Shown piece by piece: positions 1 to 13,389 of a stretch of DNA of 64,000 bases (position 1 is the first letter of the stretch; each line of letters starts with the position of its first letter). Made by a program: the position numbers and the translations under genes. The DNA comes from Octopus vulgaris (lineage: Eukaryota), in contig OX597822.1 in assembly GCA_951406725.2 (NCBI GenBank), positions 91,078,001 to 91,142,000 of the forward strand. Reading direction: 5' to 3'. The notes beneath the pieces are model-generated. The model worked only from the letters and a program-made list of their open reading frames with translations. It searched no databases and was not told the DNA's origin.

Positions 1-1077
1 AATGATAAAAGTGAAATAGAACCAGTGCATATGGTGGGAGAGGCATAACTACCTTCTCAAGGTGTACCAAAATATTTTTTATTATGAACTTGAATTTAAT
101 GTTACCTTCCTGTTAAGTATATTCCCATCAGTTGAAAATGTTCAATATAAGATAGCCTGTTTTTATTGAGTGTCCAAACTTATATTACACCTTCTTGACC
201 ATTGGTTAATATGCAGTTAAAATCCTCAAAGTCCCTACAGATGCTTCTCCTCACAATAAAATTGTTTTGCAAAATTGTAAATTCCAATAGCACAAACGTA
301 GTAATCCAAAGCATTTTCTACATGTTTTGCATAATGGCGGTGCCACAGCTCGTGAGCTGAAACTAGAATCAATCAATCATATGAAATCTGAAGAAATTGG
401 GTGGGGTAAAATTGAAATTTTGAAATGCTGGTTTTTGCCAAGGGTATAGGGTGGTCTCAGTCTCGAGTTGGACAAAAAGAAGTACTCCAATAGAAAGTTT
501 AAACATATACTCGAGAGAAAACAAAGCCTATGTAATCCGAATTCCCACCATATGAAGAACATATGTAGAAAATTTTATTTAAAAATATTCATTTTTCTGA
601 AAGTTATGAGGAAACAAAAGTTGAGGGGGCACACTTGTGTAGGAGTGGCTACAATGTAGTTAGTTGGAGGTTTGGCTGTTATTTCTAGCATGTGGAGAGA
701 TTAAATAGGCTTTGAAGCAATGTGTGGGTTGGAAAACCCTGGCACGTAAAAAGCACCCACTACATTCTGAGTGGTTGGCATTAGGAAGGGCATCAAGCTA
801 ACCCTGGCACGTAAAAAGCACCCACTACATTCTGAGTGGTTGGCATTAGGAAGGGCATCAAGCTGTAGAAAGATTGCCAGATCAGATTGGAACCTGGTGC
901 AGCCACTGGCTCTCCAGACCTCAATTAAACCATCCAACCCATGCCAGCATGGGAAATGAACATTAAACAATGATGCTGATTGGCACAAGGACCAAAAGGG
1001 TTTTGAAACTGCTTCCCAACCACATGGTTGGTCCTGCATAGCACCTTGGGCAAGTGTTTTCTACTATAGCCTCAGCG

Positions 1078-1108
<31 letters not shown>

Positions 1109-3137
1109 ATTTGTATGTCTGTGATTGTCCCCACCACACACCATCATTTTGCAACCGATGTTGGTGTGTTTACATCTTTACTGTGGCAGTTCAGCAAAAG
1201 TATCTGATAGAATAAGTACTTGGCTTGCAAAGAATAGATCAGTACACTGTTGATGGGTGGTATGCAGCAGTGGCCATATATAGTTTTGCAAGCTTCATAA
1301 GTGATGGGGAAGCGAAATTATATGAAAAGTACAATAGTCAGGCTTATGTGATACTTAGAATATAAGGGCGGTTGCATAATGTCCCTTTAATCAAGGTATG
1401 AAGCGGGCCTGAATTTGTCAGAAAATGTTTTGTATATAGAATATTTTTAATGCTGAGTATATATTATAAAGAGTGACATGTTTCATCTTTGTGAATATGT
1501 GTGTGCGGGTGGCACGTAAAAAGCACCCACTACACTCACGGAGTGGTTGGCGTTAGGAAGGGCATCCAGCCGTAGAAACACTGCCAGATCAGACTGGGCC
1601 TGATGAAGCCTTCTGGCTTCACAGACCCCAGTAGAACCATCCAACCCATGCTAGCATGGAAAACGGACGCTAAACGATGATGATGATGATGTGTCAGTAT
1701 TGAGCTTGTTAGATTTTATTGTATAGATGTGGTATTGAGAGAGTGGCTAGCTGGGCTGTTTGAAAAGGAGACCAGTTAAGTACCTCTTTTGGCTCTGCAT
1801 TTCAGGTTAACCTTTTACCACAGTATCTTTTTATGTAGCAGTCATCCTTCATTACATACCTATACCAAGTTCTCTCTTGCACACTACATCTGATTTTCCT
1901 TATAATCATTTTTTCTTGCAGTTCAGTTGTACTGTGGTATTTATGCACACTGATATTGCACATTTATTGGAACACGATTGATTCATTTCTTTCTGGCTTT
2001 TGCAAATCTGCATTCAAAATCCACATCTCACTACCCTGCAGCATTGCAGTTCAAACAATCTACTCTTCTCTCTGTTGGAGAACGCTGCTCACTATTACTT
2101 TTTCCTTTTCTGGTTAGTGTTCAGTTAGAATGTCTGCATGTTGAAATCTATAGAAATAATATTATTTAGTTTGTATATGGATAAATGCAGACAGGTAACA
2201 TAGCTGTGTTGTTGAAAGTTTGCTTGTCAACCACATGGTTTCAGTTTTTAATTCAGTCTTGCTGCATAGCACCTTGGGCAAGATTCTTCTATTATAACCC
2301 CAAGCTAACCATGGCCTGTGAATGAATTTGGTAGGTGGAAGCTAGGTGTTATTACCATCCTTGGAAACAGGTATGAATTTGAGTTAGTAACAAGAAGGAC
2401 ATCTGGGCATAGAAAACTTGCTTAAATAAACTTCATCCAACTCATGAACATGAAGTGGATGTTAAAATGATGATGGATGGCACCTTTAAGTTATTGAGCA
2501 CAGATTTTGTTTTATAGATGCATGTAGTCAGTTATTAACATTAACAATGTACAGGCAAGACTATACACCAAATGGTGAGTTGAACCTATGGGCTAGCAGT
2601 TTTGCTTGTGTGTTGTATATGACAAAGGCTTTGCTTGGTATCAAAGGTGTAAGCATTGCTTTTGGCAAAATTAAGCAGCTGGTACAATTGGCTTTTTAGA
2701 TTTGCTCACCATTTTAATTGGAAGAGCTTGTATTTGTGGTGATTGCTTTGTTAATATGGTTCAAGGACAAGGGGTTAGTTATTGAGTTGGTGGCCAGATC
2801 TGACAAAAATGGCAGGTTTAGAAATCCAGTGTAATTGAAGATATTAGTTACTGCAGGCAGTTCAGATAGCAAATGGTTTGGTGTCCCCATAGCAGTTGTG
2901 TCTATATGAGAAATGATATAAGAACAAAAGTGAAGTCTGCTAGTGTTTGCAGAAGTTAGATCCTACCTATTCCACTTAGGCACTAGGGGATGTTGTAGCT
3001 TGTGTTTGTCATAAACCAAGTTCACTGAAGAAAGTTTTCAGGATTTGAGGGAATCCCCCACCCCCAAGAAAAAATTGTTTGCTCAACATTGTCCATTTGT
3101 CAATCATTTTTATTCATTTTGGATTTCTCTTTATTAG

Positions 3138-3220
3138 GATGCTGTGAAAAGGAAAGCTGTTGGTATCTGGAATTGTAAATCTTGTAGAAAAATTGTAGCT
3201 GGAGGTGCATGGTCTTATAG
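3138..3220 (+). CDS. RPL37A: 60S ribosomal protein L37a (eL43), penultimate coding exon
   Basis: ttattAG acceptor at 3136-37. Translates DAVKRKAVGIWNCKSCRKIVAGGAWSY(S), the eL43 zinc-finger half. GTAAGG donor at 3221, phase 2. Upstream exons were not found in the window. Confidence 0.95.
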
Positions 3221-3418
3221 GTAAGGTTTTGTTTTTGTTGTTTTTTTTATAGTTGGAGGGGTGCAAATTTTAAAAATGTATATATTCTCAAATTCCAATG
3301 CCAAAGGGGGTTGTTTTCTAAATATTTAATGGGGTTTTAAAGAATGGACTCAGCTATGTGTATATATGCACACATTTCAACCTGAGCTGCTTAGTGCTCA
3401 ACGGGTTGGAAGAAATAT

Positions 3419-3567
3419 TACCTTAAGATCCATAAATATTCGTGTGGTGTATCTTAATCTTTCTCCATGAAGGGGCAGATGATTGCTATTCTAGCTACAC
3501 ATACACTGTGTCCATTAACCCCTTACTGTTTATAATGCAGGGGACATTGTATTGGTAATAGACAAGT
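3419..3567 (+). ncRNA. Candidate intronic H/ACA snoRNA in last RPL37A intron
   Basis: Hairpin, then H-box AGATGA (3477-3482), then a second hairpin (CTATT/AATAG, GTGTCC/GGACAT), then ACA (3562-64) + 3 nt. Folded by eye only. Confidence 0.3.
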
Positions 3568-3803
3568 CAGAGAACTAGAGTTCTTCATTTAAAAATCTTG
3601 CCTTCAAAATGTTAGAATTTATTCTTCCACTGTTTCATCTGACACATGCATGAATTGAAAAATAGATGCTAAAGTGTTTATCCTTCTAAAATATTCAGGT
3701 ATTACACTCCATAAATCAGTCAGTTAAATTTTGTAAAATGTATTCAAGTATTATAAAAGTTAAGACAGATTTATAGAGCATTATTTTTTTTTTGTTATTT
3801 CAG

Positions 3804-3867
3804 TACAACAGCTGCAGTTACAGTTCGTAGTGCCATAAGACGTTTGCGGGACATGAAGGAATCCTAA
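3804..3867 (+). CDS. RPL37A: 60S ribosomal protein L37a, last coding exon
   Basis: Poly-T + CAG acceptor. Translates (S)TTAAVTVRSAIRRLRDMKES*. Phase matches the previous exon. TAA at 3865-3867. Confidence 0.95.
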
Positions 3868-3887
3868 ACTTAATGGTTTTCCTGATC

Positions 3888-3893
3888 AATAAA
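3888..3893 (+). terminator. Polyadenylation signal of RPL37A
   Basis: AATAAA 20 nt after the stop, followed by GT/T-rich sequence. Confidence 0.75.
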
Positions 3894-4689
3894 TATTTAA
3901 AAAATTATATACTTGGTGGGTTTCATTTTCTTTGAGTATCATCAGATAACCAGCATGTGTGGACAATACTAAGTAGTCCAAAATAAGCAAGAAAATATGT
4001 GTACAGCAAGGTTCATCTTAGCTTTGCAAAAGTGTCCTGTATATGAAAATTCATATAGATATTGAATTGTCCTTATTTGTTCTCTGCTCTTGAAGTTACT
4101 ATGAACTCAATGTGATTACTCTTTGAATTTATATGTCCAGCCTGTCAAGTGGTCTTCTGGGTACTGACCTAAAGCTATAGTTGAATGCACATGCCCATAA
4201 TGTTAGTAATGGAATAGAAACTGGGATCTCTTAATTGTGGAGCAAGCCTACTCATGTCTACATGATTCCTGAAATAATAATAGAGCATAGTTTTCTGGTA
4301 TGATAGTAAACTAGGTTTCTGAGATATAGGCAATATAAAGTTAGAATTTGGTGATAATATTGGATAGATACTTAAATTGCTCTGTCCAAAATCATTTTGA
4401 TTGGTTATATTTGTGTTGTCATTGACACTGTATGGGCAGTGAGGTAATGTACCTTATTTAAAAGAAATCTTGCTGCCAACTTCGAGAAAGTTAATACAAA
4501 ACCAGTTATGGTGGAAAGCCGCCTATTCGAACCTGATGTTTCCAGAATTCTTGTATTAACTAAACCCACTTGGGTTAAGCAACAGTATGATTTCATGTTC
4601 ATTCCTGCCATGAAACTATAGCAAATGTTTTGTATGGATCAATGCTACACAAGCTTCTCTGGTGTGCACACTGCTGCTGCATAGGCGGC

Positions 4690-4900
4690 CGTGTCATAAG
4701 TCCCGTTAAGAGTTTGGAAAGTTGGGTCTCTAGCAACAATCACTTCCAAATTGGTGTGAAATTTCGTTCCTTTGAGATGTTTCTTCAGTTGTTGAAAGCA
4801 GTGATAGTTGGAGGGGGCCACGTCAGGAGTGTAAGGTGAGTGGTCTACCAATTCAAATCCTGTCATATTCTCCATAGTTTCATTTGTTGATGCATTGTCC
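4690..4900 (-). mobile_element. mariner transposase relic
   Basis: FELVDHSPYTPDVAPSNYHCFQQLKKHLKG (YSPDLAPSD motif). Confidence 0.75.
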
Positions 4901-7614
4901 TGCGGGATACGATAGCATCTCTGCTATAAAGCTTTACACAGTTCATCCACACATAGACGTATTCTGCATTGCTGGTGTAACCCTTTGGCATGTATTTTAT
5001 GAGGGGTACTCCATCTTAACTCCAGTATCTTTCCAGCTGACTTGGGATGCAGTGAACCATTTATATCGCACCAGCACACGACTCGTGCAGACTAATCCTC
5101 TTCACCAGGAGATGTGGCCTTAACATTTCTGTGGAGGATGGGTTTTCTTGAGTACAGCAAGGCACCAGATGCCTCGGTCCTAGAATAGCTGTTTCTATAC
5201 ATGCATCATATAATCTTTCTCTCACTCCAAGAAACATTTGGTTGCCAATTGAGGTGAAAGTGCTGAATTTTCTCGATCCTATTCTTATTCTAGCTATTAC
5301 TCTGTACATCCTCCTCTACTACTAATTTGGTCCCCTAAGTAGCAGAAATTATCCACTACCTCTAAAGAGCCTCTGGGGTATTTGAGAAAATTGATTTCTC
5401 AAGTGTCTAGTTTTTATGGCTCTAAAAACATCCAATTGAATAGGCCATCATGCTTAAGATTTGGGAAATGAGAGCTGATAACAGGAAGGGCATCCAGCTT
5501 TAGAATACTGTCTCAATGAGTGTTGTCCAACCCATACTAGCATAGGAGAGGGTGCAAAAGTGGTGGTGGCTAGCAAGCATCACAAAAAGCTGCTAAAGTA
5601 ATTGAAAGAAACAGAGCATCTTAAAATAAATAAGGTAACAAGAGGCTTTAAACAGTTCAAATCCTTGCTCTCTCTCTCTCTCACAGTAATTATTGATTCC
5701 TCAGATTGAGCAGTATATATTTGGAGGATAAAAGTAATTTGCAGCCCTTTTTCGAATGAAAGGAATAACATGAACTTATTTATCTGGTGTTGGAACTGTT
5801 AAAACTAGTTGGAGTAAGATGCAAAGAGAACATGTAAACGTTGTTGCATGTTTGTAAACATAAAAAACAAATTACTGACAATTTTTGACCATGAAAGATT
5901 TAAATGCCATGGAGTGAGCTCTCCGAACGAATGATTTTTTTTAAAGAAAATCATTGGAAACAAGGGAGAGAAATCAAGTCATTTTTTTTATTTATTTATT
6001 TTTCTTTGCAAAGGTATCACAATACGTTTTGTTAATCAACAGTAGATAATTAAAGTGCTATCTTCTACATAAATTCATCTAATAAGGCCTTCTTTTTAAA
6101 TTCATAAGATGGTTGACTAAGTCTGAAATAGTAAACAATTATTTCCCAAAACATTACAAGGAGTATGTATATATCTGCCTTATCCTTATTTTAATTGACA
6201 AAACAGAACAGCATTTTCTACAAAAATGGCTTGAAACCATGGCCAAGTAATAAATTTTGTTTATAGAAAATAAACCTAATGTAGATTGAAATAATTTTTG
6301 GGAGATGAAATTTAAATAGCTCAATGGTAAGGTGAATAAGGAAGCTTATATGTTGATACATAGACATGTATAGAGATAGTTGGCTATGGCAAGTATGTTA
6401 GAGAAATGTCTATATTTGTCTTACAGCAGAAACTTTACATTTTATTTATAGAAATTACATTCAAAAAGTTATTAAATCTAACTTTAGAAAGTATTTTGAA
6501 CTATTGGCAAATACTACCATGATAATTATTTAACTTTTCTGAGAGGTTACACAAGGCCATATTAAGATACTAGCTTTCTCATTTCTTTCATGTGCTTACC
6601 CATCTTCTCACAAACATATATATATATATTGTTTATGAAGTTAAAAATAAACCGAATGGAGAGAAGATTAGTGTTAGTACTTTTAAATCTTCAGAAAGGA
6701 TAACAAAATCTTCACAATTTGGAGAAACATCTTACAAAATAGGATCAGCAACAATGCATAAGAGTGAGTGACTAACACTGGTTATCACCTTTCTTACAAT
6801 AAAATTATTATTCCAAAAGCTATTGTGCCAGGGATATTAAAATTAAAAGTTCAGGACTGACAGCTGTTTTATTTTGACTCTGTAATCAACTTCACTAACA
6901 AGGTCCTAACAAACTGAGATTTCACTCCAAAGGTAGATGCTTGAATTTTATGCCAGTCCAATGACAATAGGAATAGGATTTAAATTATAATTTCCTCACT
7001 AGTGTTATTAGGTTTTGATGTTGAATAACACTTCACAATCTTCCAAAAAGGTTCACTCAGAGTGAAATCTGAATTGAAGACGAGTCCTTTCCTTATAAAT
7101 TTCAAACTTAAATATACATTGCATATTTTCATTAATAATAAAGTTCATTTTAAAAATCTATTTACAATTTTAAAAAATTATTTTAAGTGAAAATGCCCAA
7201 CTTGAAATTATTTGAAAAACATTAAGAAAAGGTATTATCATGTACAACAGGGAAAAGTTCATATCTTACATTAAAAATAAATGGGGATTTTTTTCCCAGG
7301 TGAATTTGATAGCTGCTTTTAAAAAATAGTCACCATTTGGTAATTGGAAAAGCAAATTTTCTTTCATTTTGTTTAACATGTATGAGAATACACACCTGTA
7401 CATGCACATACGCAAAAATATATATTCACAACTATACATACATGTACATATATACATGGTTTTAGGTGCATGTGTATATATACACACAACATGTTAATAT
7501 ATATATGTATATACATGGTTTAAATACATATCAACAAAGCATGAAATTTATCACAAGATGCTGTCATCTGGGTGTTGTAATTTAAATTGTTGTGGCATTT
7601 GTTTATAATATTTG

Positions 7615-8099
7615 TCAGTGGTCATCAAGCTCTGTTGAATCAAGGAACTCAAAGTCATCAGCCAACTCTGTGTCACTATGTTCTGTATAATCTTGTGTAG
7701 CTGTTGGTCGAACTTTCCTTCTTCGTTTAACTGTTGCAGTTTCATACTCATGTAGTTCATTCTCTTCATCTGACATTTGCTGATCTGGACCAAGTGCCTC
7801 AGGATTTGAGAGACCCTTTAAAGCCATTTTCATCATGGATCCCATTGCTTGTGCTACAATATTTTCTGCAATATCCCGTTCAATGTTTACACTATTATCT
7901 TTTTGTGATGTACCACCAGTTCTTGTATCTAAACCAAATTCTCCATCATCAGAATCAGAATCAAAGTGTGTTGGCACAAACTGAATTACATCTGATGATT
8001 TGTTATCTAGCAATTCATCATCAGTGTGGTCATCAAATGAGGGCATCTCTTCTCCAAGACCTTCAGCCAAATCTTGCTCTATATCAGTTTCATGGTCAT
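7615..8099 (-). CDS. RETREG: RETREG/FAM134 exon 8 (last coding exon, with LIR)
   Basis: ttttgCAG acceptor, phase 1. Acidic tail ending ELADDFEFLDSTELDDH*; DDFEFL matches the FAM134 LC3-interacting motif DDFELL. The 8 exons sum to 1350 nt = 449 aa + stop. Confidence 0.92.
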
Positions 8100-9190
8100 C
8101 TGCAAAATACAAATTCATAAACACATATCAGCATATAAAACATTTTCAGCAGTACCAATGCTGTTATCAACCTCATTATCATTTCAAGGTCCTCTTTTTC
8201 AATATTGTGTATTTCTTTATTACCCACAAGGGGCTAAACATAGAAGGGAGAGACAAATGGATTGAGTGGATTACATTGACCCCAGTGCGTAACTGGTGCT
8301 TAATTTATCGACCCCGAAAGGAAAGGTAAAGTCGACCTCGGCAGAATTTGAACTCAGAACGTAGTGGCAGAGGAAATACGGCTACGCATTTCGCCCGGCG
8401 TGCTAACGATTCTGCTAGCTCAATATTGTGATAGACACTTTAATATTTGTCAATATAATCAATCCTGTACATTGTACAGGAGATGCAACAAAGAATATAG
8501 CAGCGAATATCCTTCCTAGCACCAACTGTTATGATGAAGCAATCCAAATATTTTTATTGTAATATCAGCATCTTAAGTTCTGTCTTCTCTTGATTTTGAA
8601 ACAGTTAGGCATTCCATCACTGCTATGTTTTGATGAAATGCCAAAGATTAAAACAGAGCAGAGCACTTACTAGTTCGGAATGTAAAAAGCTGGCCATGCA
8701 ATATATTTTGTGTGCATCAAAGAGATCAGATAATATAACAATAATAGGCTAAGTTTCAATAAAATAAAGTTTATTAAGTAGTTGGTGATTTTCTGACAAG
8801 GGTGTAATATTACAATAGTTGAAGGTGTATCATCCTAAGTATAAAAACAGTACTGTAAGGAATATATTTGTTTTATATTTTGGCACAAGGCCAACAATTT
8901 CAGAGAGGGGATAAGTCAACTTCATCAACCCAGTATTCAACTGATACTTATTTTATCAACCCCGAAAGGATGAAAAAACATAACAGATGAAAGCATTTTG
9001 CCCAGCATGCTAATGGTTCTGCCGGTCGCCGCCTTGCAAGGAATATATTTAGGTATTCTAAAGTGTTAACTGCAACTTAGGGATTTAATTCTATGGGAAG
9101 AAAAATCCAAAGCATATTGTAAGAATAAAAGATTTCTAGATCTTGTTAGCAACTTAGGTGAAACTATATTCCTAAGTATATAATACTTAA

Positions 9191-9405
9191 CCCTTTCGTT
9201 AGCAACCCAGCCAAAACTGGCTCTGTAGTACAAATGTCTTGTTTTCATAAGTTTTGAATTAAAATCTTCCACCAAACCTTAGTCACAATTTATGTTCCTA
9301 ACACTAGCTTAATTGATAACTAAGTTATTTTACTAAATTCTTTGTTATATTTAAAATTAACTGAAAGAAACAGAGCATCTCAAAATAAATATGGTAACAA
9401 AAGGG
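9191..9405. mobile_element. piggyBac-like MITE
   Basis: TTAA|CCCTTTCGTTA...TAACAAAAGGG|TTAA. Confidence 0.8.
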
Positions 9406-10064
9406 TTAATTGTCCAAACCATGTTTATATATTTTAATTATTGATTTTTCGTCTATCTTTTCTGTATACAAATAGAAATAAATTATATGCAAAATGTGAC
9501 ATAATTGATGTCTGTATGGAAAGCTTTTCCTTTTACAACTTTGTTACTGTACTGCCAACATTCATTTAAACTAAAATAACACAAGCCTGCCACAGCTCTC
9601 TTACATAATCTATACCTGGCTCCAATCTTTTTTTTTTTTTTTTTTATTAAACAATATATTCGATATAATAGAATTTGCAATAAATCAAAGATATATCATT
9701 TAATAAAATATCATTAATAAACAAAACATCATAATTAATTTACTAAAATAATAATATATAAACATACATATAAATTCAAAATTATACATATATATATATA
9801 AAAGATTTATTTATCAATATTAATTTATATTATATTATACTATAATATCATCATCATTTAGCGTCTGCTTTCCATGCTAGCATGGATTGGACGGTTCATC
9901 TGGGAAGCCAGAAGGCTGCACCAGGCCCAGTCTGATCTGGCAATGTTTCTACGGCTGGATGCCCTTCCTAATGCCAACCACTCCGTGAGTGTAGTGGGTG
10001 CTTTTTACATGCCACCGGCACAGGTGCCAGACAGGGCTGGCAAACGGCCACGGATGGATGGTGA

Positions 10065-10530
10065 ACATAATATAACACATAGATTACAGTGATTATCAGC
10101 AATCTTATAAGATCTAGCATGACTAAGTATTTGCCATTTAAGCTTATATAATTTATTATTATCGTTCAACTTCCATATAAATTTACTTAAACTGGTAATA
10201 CTTAACTTATCCACGATCCTAGCAGTACATTTGTGATTTGCGATACGTTGTTTAATAAAATTTTCAGTTGGCTCAATGTAAAAATAATTAGTCCCTTCAG
10301 ATTCTACCCTACATCTATACACTAGGTTATTTTGCATACATAAATATTAAAATAAGATTTATCTTTAAATCTACAATTGCAACTTTTAGTTCTATCATAA
10401 TTACTATTAGGTCCAGTATTAGAGTTAACAGATTCATTAGCATTTCTATTTTCATACAAAATATTCAAACTTTTGTTATTAATTGAAGAGATAATTCTGA
10501 ATATATTTTTAGATACTGAAAATGCTTATT
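10065..10530 (-). mobile_element. Penelope-like GIY-YIG endonuclease fragment
   Basis: CNC...NNLVYRCRV...FYIEPTENFIKQRIANH...TSLSKFIWKL...CNLC. Truncated by a short retroposon at ~10060. Confidence 0.8.
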
Positions 10531-10598
10531 TGTCGAATTGAATCATATCAAAATATATACTACACATACAATCACAATTTTTTTCCATTCTTCACCAC

Positions 10599-10640
10599 AA
10601 CTGCCCAATGAACGGGAACGCCAAACTCTGAGTAGCAGTT
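10599..10640 (+). ncRNA. Degenerate hammerhead motif (same family as 34394-34435)
   Basis: AACTGC-CCAATGA-ACG ggaa CGC-CAAA-CTCTGAG-TA-GCAGTT; adjacent to a GIY-YIG fragment. Confidence 0.45.
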
Positions 10641-10692
10641 TTTTGTGATGTTTTTGCAACTTTAATAATTAAAAAAAGCATACATACATATA

Positions 10693-11043
10693 GGCGCAGG
10701 AGTGGCTGTGTGGTAAGCAGCTTGCTTACCAACCATATGGTTCCGGGTTCAGTCCCACTGCGTGGCATCTTGGGCAAGTGTCTTCTGCTATAGCCTCGGG
10801 CCGACCAAAGCCTTGTGAGTGGATTTGGTAGACGGAAACTGAAAGAAGCCTGTTGTATATATGTATGTGTTTGTCCCCCTAGCATTGCTTGACAACCAAT
10901 GCTGGTGTGTTTACGTCCCCGTCACTTAGCGGTTCGGCAAAAGAGACCGATAGAATAAGTCCTGGGGTCGATATGCTTGACTAAAGGCGGTACTCCAGCA
11001 TGGCTGCAGTCAAATGACTGAAACAAGTAAAAGAGTAAAGAGT
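10693..11043 (+). mobile_element. tRNA-derived SINE family A
   Basis: GGCGCAGGAGTGGCTGTGTGGTAAG (A box)...GGTTCAGTCCC (B box)...GACTGAAACAAGTAAAAGAG tail. Decayed copies also at ~990-1240, 12285-12590, 19300-19560 and 61345-61460. Confidence 0.85.
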
Positions 11044-11383
11044 TTATATATATATATATATATATATATACATACATATTTACATATATATAACTCTCTC
11101 TCTCTTTTGGAGAGGCACTGACCAGCTATACACACACAGCAGTAACTCCCGCCTACCGAATTCAATCACAAAGCTCCGGTCAGCTCGGGGCTATAGCAGA
11201 AGACACCTACCCAAAGTGCCACGCGGTGGGACTGAACCCGAAACCATGCAGTTAGGAAGCAAGCTCCCTAACCACATATACATATGCATATATATTATTT
11301 GGTTAATAAGAGGCTTACACAAATGAAATAAAATAACAGTAGAGTTTGAGCAGATAAAGTTAGAAAGAAACTGCCATACTTAC

Positions 11384-11587
11384 CATCACTATTCTCAATT
11401 GAGTGGTTTTCAGAAAGAGCTGGTGTCAGATGATCTGGAGTCCTTTCACCCTCACTCTCAGTTGCTGTTGTAGACAGTGCTGTAGGGTCAGCTTCGGGAT
11501 ATAAATCACTTATCTTAATTTCATCAGAAGGCAGTCCCACATGTGAATTAATTTCATTTTCAGTAGTGCAGCCATCACCTCTGATTG
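11384..11587 (-). CDS. RETREG: RETREG/FAM134 exon 7 (disordered region)
   Basis: 204 nt, phase 1 to 1, tttCAG/GTAAGT. (A)IRGDGCTTENEINSH...LTPALSENHSIENSD; lies within ORF 11295-11705. Confidence 0.82.
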
Positions 11588-11624
11588 CTGAAATATTAAA
11601 TGAGAAAGACAAGAGTAAAATCAT

Positions 11625-11888
11625 GCCGAGAGTTGCTGAAGCATGGAACAAACTGCCGGCATCAGTTGTTAGTTGTCGGAGCACTGCATCCTTCAAAACT
11701 TCCATGCTTTCTGAGATTCACCAACACTACACCTGATTTTCTCCCCTCCATACACACTCAAGCATGTATCTGACTCATGCATTATTCGCTTTCCAGACAT
11801 TTGTACATTACTGCATATACTCTATACGCACTTTCTGACAAGTTGTGGTGCACTGAGCACTGTATACAATAATTTCATTATTATTATA
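11625..11888 (+). mobile_element. CR1-like LINE short 3' fragment
   Basis: RVAEAWNKLPASVV + 3'UTR + (ATT)n; matches 45670-45840. Confidence 0.8.
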
Positions 11889-12649
11889 AAATATAGGATT
11901 CTACAAAAAAAAAAAAAAAAGAAGAGGAGGAGGAGACATTACAAAGAAAGTTACTTGTTTGATGAATATACTCAGCTCAAAAATTTGACAGTTATTGTAC
12001 AAATGAAAACAATTAACCTACCTCATTGCAAGTAGATGATAAAAGATATAGATTGCTGTTCTTAAAAGTAGTGATTCTATTTTTAATAAATTTAAATTCC
12101 CCTGCCTTACTTGACCGAAATATTTATTGAAATAATGATCATTTTTCTCTTTAATAAAAGTTTAATCTTAATTACTTTAAACATGTTATTACTAACTTTA
12201 CTTTTGCTTTTCAGATAATTGACATTTCTGTTCATTTTTTTATCCCAGTCACTATCTTATAAAATAACTAGGTTGTTTTTTGTAGCTGTGTGGTAAGAAG
12301 TTAGCATCCCAACCACACAGCCCTGGGTTCCGTCCCACTGTGTAGCAAACATTTTCTACTATAGGAAAGCCTTGTGAGTGGATTTGGCAGACAAACTGAA
12401 AGAAGCCAGAGAGAGAGACTACCGCTTGACAACCAGCGTTGGTATGTTTACATCCCCATAACTTAGCAGTTCAGCAAAAGTGACAGAACAAGTTACCAGG
12501 CTTAAAGAAATAATAAGCACTGGGGTTGATTTGTTTGATTAAAATCCAACATGGTCCAATGACTGAAACAGGTAAAAGATAAAAGATAGTGTAGCACATG
12601 TAGACAAATGTTCAATGATGTTAGTAAAGGTCATTGAGTATTCTGAGTC

Positions 12650-13200
12650 TTTCAACAATCAACACACCCCAACCAGGATTGATTGGGCTCTAGCCGGTGT
12701 CCAGTTACTGCTACCTCATCCAGAGCTCATACTTCCTGATCCGTAGCCACCTCAAAGCAACCACTGACCTTTATAGCCAGCTTGATGGTCTTATACTGAC
12801 TTTTATGATTTTCAATGTCCAGCATTTTGTAGGCGCTGAAGAGAGACTGGCCTAAAACCCATTGTATAACCACCTGTTGTCTTGACATAACACTACCAGC
12901 TCAGCATATTTTTACCTGCTCCTCTTATTTTCTTCCTCATTGCAATCTTCCACAGAAATGGAGCATCTCTAGGCAGTTTCTGAACAACTCTAACATACTT
13001 CATTCAGTTGTGGGGTTGAACTTGTCTTTGCCCTCTTGACTACCTCCAGGATCTCTTTCCAGCTGGGTTCCTTCTCATCAAATTCTAGAGCAAGTGTAGC
13101 TAAGTTTGATCAATAACTTACCATGGCCTAGGTCTAAGTCCCTGAATTAATCACTGAACGTGGCTTTGAGGTAAATGTCAATTTCACCTTTGAAGTAGGA
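12650..13200 (-). mobile_element. Internally deleted RLE-type non-LTR retrotransposon relic
   Basis: EKEPSWKEILEVVKRARTSS (pre-RT region) joined to an EE...KYAEL restriction-like endonuclease remnant. Confidence 0.45.
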
Positions 13201-13389
13201 GGCAAAGTCAGTAAATGTTTAAAAAACATTTACAAGAATATGCCATTGGTATAATAACAATCAAACAACACTGAGTTTATGACCAACTATCTCTATGTTT
13301 CGCTCAATATTTAACTGAAAGCATTAACAATCCATTGACATTTTCATCTAACTATAAATAGAATGTGACACACATCAAAAAGTACTTAC

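Noticed and set aside
25-150. Second H/ACA snoRNA candidate (hairpin + AAAATA)
   Set aside because: Pocket-to-H-box distance is too short and there is no clear ACA box.
701-1154. Recurrent ORFs with 'LQSDLAVFLQLDALPNANHS' or 'CPRCHAVGLNPEP'
   Set aside because: Chance translations of short-retroposon families A and B, repeated throughout the window.
1595-1632. CTGATGA + AGCC/GGCT hairpin resembling a hammerhead
   Set aside because: No GAAA or NUH half. It is a point variant (CTGGTGCAGCC in other copies) of retroposon family B.
4480-4625. Hairpins with GAAACTATAG, possibly another ribozyme relic
   Set aside because: No recognisable CUGANGA or cleavage triplet in the right register.
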